Positions 8,426 to 15,182 of a DNA stretch of 16,505 bases are shown in pieces (positions within the stretch are counted from its first letter, which is position 1; the number at the start of each line of letters is the position of its first letter). A model generated the notes under the pieces. It did not search any database. It was not told the DNA's origin and saw nothing but the letters and a program-made list of their open reading frames with translations. The DNA is from Amoebidium appalachense (taxonomy: Eukaryota > Protista > Ichthyosporea): NCBI GenBank assembly GCA_963693365.1, contig CAVNZM010000068.1:1-16505 (forward strand), written 5' to 3'. Position numbers and translations under genes: made by a program.

Positions 8426-10553
8426 CTAATATATCATCGAGATATATGAGTACATGTGTCCACAGCATACCAGCGAATACACGGTTCATCATCCTTGAAA
8501 AGACAGCAGGCATGTTACTTACTCCAAAAGGTGCGCGTGCGAATTGATACTGCCCCCAGGGGGTGGTAAATGCAAGTTTTTCTTTGTCGTTATCGGCTAC
8601 TTTGACTTGGTGGTAACCACCGTTTAAATCAAGTGCGGAAAACACGCGGGCACCTCTGAGCATACCCAGAGCCATGTCAATTCGTGGTAAAGGGTAACCG
8701 TCTTTCTTCGTAATCAAGTTCAGCATTCTAAAATCAATGCAGACTCTTAAAGACCCGTCCTTTTTCACCACCAACACCATCGGAGCGGAGTAAGGGCTGG
8801 ACGCAGGCTCAATCACTCCAAACTCTACCCAATTTTGAATTTGTTTGTGTAGGCTATCGCGAAGGTGATGTGGGATGTTATAGGGCCTGCGGTACTGTGG
8901 TATGGTGGTAGTTACTTCGATCGACAGTTCGTCTAAGGTACTCAAACCAAAGTCGTTGTCGTGTGCAGAGAACACATGCTTCCATTTCTTAAGCAGTTTT
9001 CGTATCCGTTTCGCCAACGGTTTCCGTTGGTCTGGGGGAGTTCCAGGCATGTCGTATTCTTCTGGAGGTTTGACCCCAAAAGGCAAGTCGTCGTCTGTGG
9101 CGGCTTCCCCGTCGGAGGTACATTCGTGCGTACGCTTTCGTAAATTATTCGTATCCTCCAGTGCAGTGGTAGATGGTGCCCCATCTGCTGCTTCGATAGT
9201 AGGTGGCCCTACCTCTGGTTTTGTTCGTGCTGGATTACCAAAACCATTCATTTTCGTGGAACTGCGCTGTGTGGTGTTCTCTTTCGTACTCATATTCATA
9301 ATTTTACTCCGTTCACACACCTTAATACTACCGTTAATATTAGTAGCCGCCTGGAAAGTGTGTGGTTCGTGTTCGGTGGGTTCTTCGGTTGATTCCTGCG
9401 AAGAAAAGTTCGTTTTAGCAGAGGTACCTAATGGATGGCCAGGGTGTGGGGTTGTCGCCCTCCTGGTTCCATTACCGGAGTGTGGACGTGCTAAAAGAGT
9501 AACAGTGTCATCTGATTGCAAGGGAATAAACATGGCCACCTCCGTACCAGGGCCTAGGTACACATGATGGTCCGATGTGTTAGTCAACAACACCTTGCAT
9601 TCGTATTCGTCCTCGATCACACTTTCTTCGCTAGTGGAGAGGGGGGGTTCGTTATTCGAAATTCGAGCTAAACTGGTGACACTGCATGCTGTTGTGTAAG
9701 CCCGTGAATTAAGTGGACCACATGGAACCACTGTGCCCATACAACAGTCTAAAGTTCGTGGTGGTGGTGCGCCGGCAGCGAGTTTTATTTTACACGTTGC
9801 GATATTTGACGCATCTACCGGGAGGTGAATACCTGTGGTGGTAATTAATACGCGAGAAACAGCTGTCTCCTCCGCACTCCCACGCAACCACCACACCGGA
9901 ATACTGCACCTGCGATTTCCCTTAGCATACATGAACGAAAGTTCTGCAGCACCGTAATCAATTCGTCCCTGTTGTGGCCCCATGAAATCAACACCTAATA
10001 AGGCATCATATGGTAGATTATCAATCACATGCCATCTGTGCACCACTAGAGCAGATTCGTTGGGAATGGCGAGAGTGAGAGATATACTTCCTTGGCATGT
10101 CATTTCGTTACTTTGTGCATCCAGTACACTAAAATTAGGAACATGCTGAATTCGTTTTCTTGCCACTACAGGGAGAGATTCGTAAAATGCTGTGCTTATA
10201 CAGCTATGGCTAGCACCAGAGTCGACAACTACTGTGACTAGCTTCCCATGCACATACATTCGCGCAAGTGTGGCTGTGCATTTATTTTCGTGGGTTAATG
10301 TGCACACAGTGGCATTTTCATGCCGTGGTTCTGCAATGGAGGAGTGCACACGGTCAGCAAAATGCACATTTTTCTTTTTGCGCGGGGGCGGGGGTGTGCG
10401 TGTGCATGGGGGGGTCAGTACACGGGGGTAACTGTTCGTGGGGGGGTGGGGCACATGCAGATTCGTGGGAGGGCTCCGAGACAACAGAAATTTCCGCACC
10501 AGTAGATTTATTTTGCAATTTATCTGCCAGAGGGGAACACAGTTCCAGCTCTG
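8376..10553 (-). CDS. pol: pol, 5' part: aspartic protease, dUTPase-like spacer, RT N-terminus up to YLDD
   Basis: Frame open from 10553. VVVDSGASHS (DSG at 10215-10223), LLGVDF, RT motifs KKDGSLRVCIDFR, YPLPRID, LDLNGGYHQ, PFGVSN, YLDD (8433-8444). No ATG near the 5' end of the frame. Confidence 0.93.
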   Translation of the reverse strand, partial: QSWNCVPLWQINCKINLLVRKFLLSRSPPTNLHVPHPPTNSYPRVLTPPCTRTPPPPRKKKNVHFADRVHSSIAEPRHENATVCTLTHENKCTATLARMYVHGKLVTVVVDSGASHSCISTAFYESLPVVARKRIQHVPNFSVLDAQSNEMTCQGSISLTLAIPNESALVVHRWHVIDNLPYDALLGVDFMGPQQGRIDYGAAELSFMYAKGNRRCSIPVWWLRGSAEETAVSRVLITTTGIHLPVDASNIATCKIKLAAGAPPPRTLDCCMGTVVPCGPLNSRAYTTACSVTSLARISNNEPPLSTSEESVIEDEYECKVLLTNTSDHHVYLGPGTEVAMFIPLQSDDTVTLLARPHSGNGTRRATTPHPGHPLGTSAKTNFSSQESTEEPTEHEPHTFQAATNINGSIKVCERSKIMNMSTKENTTQRSSTKMNGFGNPARTKPEVGPPTIEAADGAPSTTALEDTNNLRKRTHECTSDGEAATDDDLPFGVKPPEEYDMPGTPPDQRKPLAKRIRKLLKKWKHVFSAHDNDFGLSTLDELSIEVTTTIPQYRRPYNIPHHLRDSLHKQIQNWVEFGVIEPASSPYSAPMVLVVKKDGSLRVCIDFRMLNLITKKDGYPLPRIDMALGMLRGARVFSALDLNGGYHQVKVADNDKEKLAFTTPWGQYQFARAPFGVSNMPAVFSRMMNRVFAGMLWTHVLIYLDDILVRRTFWAFRFMFFPAL

Positions 10554-10611
10554 CTATTAAATCAAATACATTATGTTCTACTGGGGAGAGACCAGTCCCT
10601 TGCCCGCCTTC

Positions 10612-12612
10612 CTATTCTACACGTGCTCTCTTGAACTTGGCCCGATTAGCCTCAATCTCTGCCTTGCGGGTTCCCTTCTTAAAGTTGGGGTCGTACTTGG
10701 GGCAAATTGGTGACCCCCCAAAGTGCCCCTTCTGCTTGCAGGAGTGGCATTCGAATTTGAGGGCCGGGCACGTCTTGCCTTCGGCGTGGCTGCCGTACTT
10801 GCACCCACGGTTGCAGGGGGTGGTGCCCATGCGCGAAAAAATAGACGGCTTCTCGCTGGCACCAGATCCACCACCGGGTTGCTGTTTTGTGGGGGGTTTC
10901 TGTGTTAGAATGGTGGATGGGGTTCGTGTGTGCCTGTCTCTTTCTTTTTCTGCGAGATAGGCAACAACTCCAGACAGGGTCAATTCTTCTTCTTTTCGTG
11001 TTTGTCTGAGTTGATATTTGCGAAATTCTTGTTCGTCTTCCCCACCCAATCGGTGAGACAAATCCAAAATTTGGTGTGCCTCAGACTTAAGGGGGTACAC
11101 ACGTGCCCACAAACGCGCATGCCTGCTTGCAAATTCGGCCACCTTTTGCTTGCCTTGTTTGAGTGCATTTAATTCGGCACTGAGTGCCTCTTGCACACGC
11201 TGGTCGTGAAATTTCGTAACTAGTGCATGTGCAAATGCATCAAACGTGAGTTCTCCCTGTGTCCTGGTAAAATTCGTGTACCACACACGGGCGGGGGAAG
11301 CAAGAGGAAAGCACTGCACCGCCCAGCGAACAGCAAGTGTGGGGGGGACCCCTGCAATGCAAAACATCTGCTGGGAAAATTCGTGCAGCCATTCAATCAC
11401 CGTGCATTTATCCTGCAAGTCACCCTTGTATTCTGGTAGTTTCAATGCAGCCAAGATGGGGCCGTATTCGGATGCATGCAACTGGCGGAGAGGGTGCAAC
11501 CACAGTTTTTCGTGCTCTGCAAAGTGCTTGTTCAATATAGACCCAGCCTTACCTCCTGAGCCTGTGCTGACATCAGAGCCTCTTGGGCGACTTGGCGTGC
11601 CTGCCAGTCCACCTGCAGACGCCAGAGGGGATCCTGCAAGGGGGATTTCGTTAAATACGGGTGCTTTAGGCTGGTCGAAGTGATCTTCTTCATGCACTTT
11701 CGCAGTCATGTGTTCGTTTTCGTTTGTGGGTGTGTCTTCGTAACTTTGTTCGTGTTTTTCTTCATTTTCAGCATCAGAATCAGTGTAGCTGAGTGTGCGC
11801 GCAAGCACATCCTTATATGTAAATTTAGTGGGGGGTGCGGGAGGTGCAATTACCTTGGGATCAGTGCACCCAGATGGGACCGGGGACAAAGGCTTCTTGC
11901 CTGTGGTGGGTGGGGGAGGACGGGGGGTGGTGGGCACCGTCGTATTTTTCACACGTGCCTCAGCCACCAACTGTGCTTCCCGCTCCAACTCAGACCATTT
12001 CGCGGACGTGCACAACATTCTAGACAGTGTGGTGTCTTCCATCTGCGAAATCTCACTGTAAATCTGTGCGACATCAGCTTCGAGGTCCATCACAGGCCGC
12101 CCAGCATCGATTGCAGTTTGAATGGCACGTCTCAGAGTTTCAATACGATAGAACTTGGAGAGAACACGGCCCCGCACCTCTGCCAGAGCTGTGGCAGTGT
12201 CCCGGTCTTGTTTCGTTTTTTCCTTCGTTGCTACTTGAAGTTCGTTCGTGTGTTTGTTGGTGTTCGTGTGTTCGTTGGTGTTCGTATGTTCGTTGGTTTT
12301 CGTGTGTTCGTTGCGCTTCGTTTTGTCTTTGGGTTTCGTGCTTTCGTTGGGCTTCGTTTGTTCGTTGCCAGTGGGCTTCGTAGTTGCCTTTGTGTTCGTG
12401 TGTGTGTTGGGTTTTGTGATCGTGTTCGGTTTCTGGGGAGCACGAGGCTGTGTAGGGGGAGGGGTGGGGAGTGTTTTCGTGCCCTGCCCCGGAGTCTTGG
12501 CTTTCTTCTGCGTTGGGGGCGGCGGTTTGACTGCGGTAGGCTTCTTGGTGTCACGTGTCAGTTTGCTTTCATTGTCCGAGAGTACAGGGTAGTCGTCAAA
12601 TTCGCCCGCCAT
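10612..12612 (-). CDS. gag: Gag polyprotein, 666 aa
   Basis: ATG in good context (aaccATGg) about 52 nt from the 5' LTR. Low-complexity N-terminus, capsid-like region (LPEYKGD...ARVWY...LKQG...VAEF), two Cys/His knuckles at 10702-10815. Confidence 0.93.
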   Translation of the reverse strand: MAGEFDDYPVLSDNESKLTRDTKKPTAVKPPPPTQKKAKTPGQGTKTLPTPPPTQPRAPQKPNTITKPNTHTNTKATTKPTGNEQTKPNESTKPKDKTKRNEHTKTNEHTNTNEHTNTNKHTNELQVATKEKTKQDRDTATALAEVRGRVLSKFYRIETLRRAIQTAIDAGRPVMDLEADVAQIYSEISQMEDTTLSRMLCTSAKWSELEREAQLVAEARVKNTTVPTTPRPPPPTTGKKPLSPVPSGCTDPKVIAPPAPPTKFTYKDVLARTLSYTDSDAENEEKHEQSYEDTPTNENEHMTAKVHEEDHFDQPKAPVFNEIPLAGSPLASAGGLAGTPSRPRGSDVSTGSGGKAGSILNKHFAEHEKLWLHPLRQLHASEYGPILAALKLPEYKGDLQDKCTVIEWLHEFSQQMFCIAGVPPTLAVRWAVQCFPLASPARVWYTNFTRTQGELTFDAFAHALVTKFHDQRVQEALSAELNALKQGKQKVAEFASRHARLWARVYPLKSEAHQILDLSHRLGGEDEQEFRKYQLRQTRKEEELTLSGVVAYLAEKERDRHTRTPSTILTQKPPTKQQPGGGSGASEKPSIFSRMGTTPCNRGCKYGSHAEGKTCPALKFECHSCKQKGHFGGSPICPKYDPNFKKGTRKAEIEANRAKFKRARVE

Positions 12613-12649
12613 GGTTGAAGAGATTCTTGAAAGATGTGAGATTCTGGAA

Positions 12650-12663
12650 CTGCGCGGTCGCCA
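12650..12663 (-). other. Primer-binding site TGGCGACCGCGCAG, probably for tRNA-Arg
   Basis: TGG begins 1 nt after the 5' LTR. It is complementary to a tRNA 3' end ...GGTCGCCA, as I recall for eukaryotic tRNA-Arg(TCG/CCG). tRNA identity is inferred. Confidence 0.8.
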
Positions 12664-12664
12664 A

Positions 12665-13274
12665 TGTAAACAGTTGAACTAGTTGGGATAAGGCAGAGAA
12701 CAACTGAATCAGAATAAAGACAGAGAACGGGTAGTAAGGCACACGCGGCCAGGTTACTATTTAATGTGCTCGTTCAGAGTGATCCCCCGTACTGGGACGG
12801 CTTGTTTATATAGCCCCCAGGTTCCGGATCATCTGGATGGGTGGCATTGATGCCTTCGTGACTTCTGACCAGTCAGAAGAGTGCGGTCGTCTTTATGTGC
12901 ACACAGTGCACCAATAACATGAAGCTAACTAAAAGGATAACTTTGTGGCAAATGATTGGTCAATACTTAAGCCCGTTTAGGTTTATGCAACTGGGTCTGA
13001 TTTCCTTATTGGTTCCGTTCGTTTAGCTATAGATGTCGCCTCCGTAGTGGATGAGACTTGCATTCCTATCCTAGCGGTTCTCGAATTCTATTGGTTCATA
13101 CTGACTGCACGGCCACTGCATATTGCCGGCGCCGCGGCTCAGTCGTGAGCCGCAGCCCGCGGCTGTCGCGTGTGATATTGATCTGATCATATGTACACAA
13201 TATCTACGTGATCACTATGATATGTACAGTATATTCGTAATAGTAAACATGTACGGCGTGTACAGATGTTTACA
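12665..13274 (-). repeat. 5' LTR (610 bp)
   Basis: No difference from 5048-5657 seen by eye. Confidence 0.97.
12805..12812 (-). promoter_or_regulatory. Candidate LTR TATA box (TATATAAA) with upstream CCAAT boxes
   Basis: TATATAAA on the element strand (copy at 5188-5195), with three CCAAT motifs upstream in U3 and ATTAAA about 40 nt downstream. Confidence 0.6.
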
Positions 13275-13490
13275 CCACTGTGATGTTGCACACAGAAGAC
13301 TCGTATATACACATGATCATCCACACCACTCCCGACAGTCAAAGCCACTATCCTGTATCCAGCACTCCCCCCCCCCCCCCCCTCCCCCTCTCCCCCCTCC
13401 TCCTCTCCCCTTGCCCCCCTCCTTCCCTCAGGCAATATTTTTTTATCTTTCCTGCTGTCTTTACTTAGACTGACTACCACATTAATGCAG

Positions 13491-13697
13491 ATCTACGAGG
13501 CACATGCTGGCGGCCACTTTGACACACGAAAGAGGAAGCCGGACCTCAAAAACCCATCCAACGACCTCAGCCCCACCATTTTCAGGGGCATCGACCTCCT
13601 GCCAACATACGCAGCGGTCAACCTTCTGCAACAGGTGCTCAAGGGTGAATCTATCGCGGAGCTCAAGAAGCTTCCCGCTCAAATCTATGCAACGAGG
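13491..13697 (+). CDS. Internal exon E (IYEAHAGGHFDTRKRKP...AQIYATR)
   Basis: Branch-point-like CTGAC near 13470, acceptor taatgcag|, donor agg|gtaatc, 207 nt, phase 0/0, continues exon D in frame. Confidence 0.78.
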
Positions 13698-13987
13698 GTA
13701 ATCAACCCCCCAACCTATACCTTCCAACCCTCCGTGGGTGTCTCCGTGGGTGTGGGCTTGGGTGCGCACGGGCAAAGGCTTGCTTGGCTCTCTCAGTTCT
13801 AACTAACCTTTGTCTCCCCCGTCCTACCCCAAGTATCATTGCACATGCACTGTACCTAGATTCAAACCCCTCTCTTTCCCTGCCTAGCGAACGTCTCCCC
13901 CCCTCCCCCCCCCCCCCCCTCCTCCTCCCCCTCCCCCTACCACCATATACACCCAATAACACACACACCCATAACACACAACTTGAA

Positions 13988-13990
<3 letters not shown>

Positions 13991-14084
<94 letters not shown>
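13991..14084 (+). repeat. (CA)n microsatellite, about 47 units
   Basis: Read directly. Confidence 0.97.
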
Positions 14085-14085
<1 letters not shown>

Positions 14086-14440
14086 CAGCAAACTTCATCC
14101 GGCATCCGAAACCCATTAAAAACCCATTAAAGATATCATAAACCCATAAACCCATCTTTTTGCCACTCTTTATCCCCCTCTTGTCTTTTAGATAACATAA
14201 CAGCATCTTTTGCTATCACGGGTTTTCTGGATATCATTTTGGTATCTTTTGCTAGATATCAAAATGATCTCATAATGGGCTCATACGGAGCACCCTGAAC
14301 CCATCGTTGTTCTATCCTGTGTTCCATGTATTCAACAACCTCGTTATATCCGTATGATACCATTATGATAGTCTATTTGATATCATAAAATCTTTTTAGT
14401 CTGATGTTCAGAAGCGTTTTAGACATAATAAAGATATCTC
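14083..14440. mobile_element. Left end of a second AT-rich DNA-transposon-like element, apparently interrupted by the LINE
   Basis: Starts CATCAGCAAACTTC (reverse complement of 578-591), followed by repeated AAACCCAT and GATATC-type motifs. Right boundary is approximate. Confidence 0.5.
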
Positions 14441-14474
14441 TAATAGCGGATTAGGAGCCCTTCCCCATATCCTT

Positions 14475-15182
14475 ATGGTAGCTGCGAACTCTCGTAAAAC
14501 ACCCGAGCTCCGCCAAATTGCCAAGGAAACATATGCCAGCATTCTTGCAGGCAACGAGTACCGCCGCAACTCCCCTCCCAAACCGCCGGCTAAGGGGAAC
14601 ACCCAAGCAAACGGTAACATCAACATCCCACCCAAATACGAGAGGGTGTATTTCAAAGTCAAGCACGGCAGACGCCCACACAGGGCCATGTGGTCCATCT
14701 TCAAGGCTCTCGGCTTCCGGTGCTCTCGCATCCTTTGTCTGTCCTTCATTGGATACGATGTGCTGGAAGTAGCAGTACGGGGCGACTATAACCGTGCGTT
14801 CATCCGTGACGCGACAAAGGGGTGTGGAAGCTTCTTCACCCACCTCCCAAGCTACGACCCATGCGCGCCGGAAAACATTCAGAAAGCAGACAAAGAACGT
14901 AAAGTGTCTGCTAAGAATGCGTGCGCCACACGTTGTCGTGTACGCATCAGCAAGGCAAAAGAGTTCCTCGCAAAGTTGGAAAACGATGCTACGAGCGTGA
15001 TAGACACGGACACGAAGGAACCAATGTTTTCTGGTGAGAAACTGCTCGAGCGCAAACGCCGATGCGAGATGGAAATCGAGCTCTTCTGCGAACTGTTCGC
15101 GCTGGCGGAAGGTCGTGCATACGACCCCGTAAGCGACAAGTGGGAACCAACCCCACAGGTGTCGGACCAAACCGATGCCTAA
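14475..15182 (+). CDS. LINE ORF1 protein, 235 aa
   Basis: Intact ATG-to-TAA ORF directly upstream of the endonuclease. Basic protein with an alpha/beta-like core (RVYFKV...RILCLSFIGYDVLEVAV..DY...YDP) and no CCHC knuckle. Confidence 0.75.
   Translation: MVAANSRKTPELRQIAKETYASILAGNEYRRNSPPKPPAKGNTQANGNINIPPKYERVYFKVKHGRRPHRAMWSIFKALGFRCSRILCLSFIGYDVLEVAVRGDYNRAFIRDATKGCGSFFTHLPSYDPCAPENIQKADKERKVSAKNACATRCRVRISKAKEFLAKLENDATSVIDTDTKEPMFSGEKLLERKRRCEMEIELFCELFALAEGRAYDPVSDKWEPTPQVSDQTDA

Larger units (their letters stand above)
5048..13274 (-). mobile_element. Full-length Ty3/Gypsy (Metaviridae) chromodomain LTR retrotransposon, 8227 bp, antisense within intron D-E
   Basis: Two 610-bp LTRs with TGTAAACA...TGTTTACA termini, TSD, PBS, PPT, gag, and pol domain order PR-RT-RH-IN-chromodomain. 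Confidence 0.98.

Noticed and set aside
8376-8430. Programmed -1 frameshift within RT
   Set aside because: No slippery heptamer, the downstream frame has a TAG immediately before 8425, and conserved residues are physically missing, so a deletion fits better.
8902-12618. Long + strand ORFs (221, 230 and 312 aa) as antisense genes
   Set aside because: They are shadows of gag/pol with biased composition, mostly non-ATG starts and no domains.
578-14096. A single 13.5-kb TIR element carrying the five exons
   Set aside because: The subterminal arrays lie outside the repeats, no TSD is evident, and the enclosed gene segment has no evident start or stop. Two outward-facing ends fit better.
14108-14155. 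AAACCCAT repeats as telomeric sequence
   Set aside because: Only about four interrupted copies next to a transposon-like terminus; better read as subterminal motifs.
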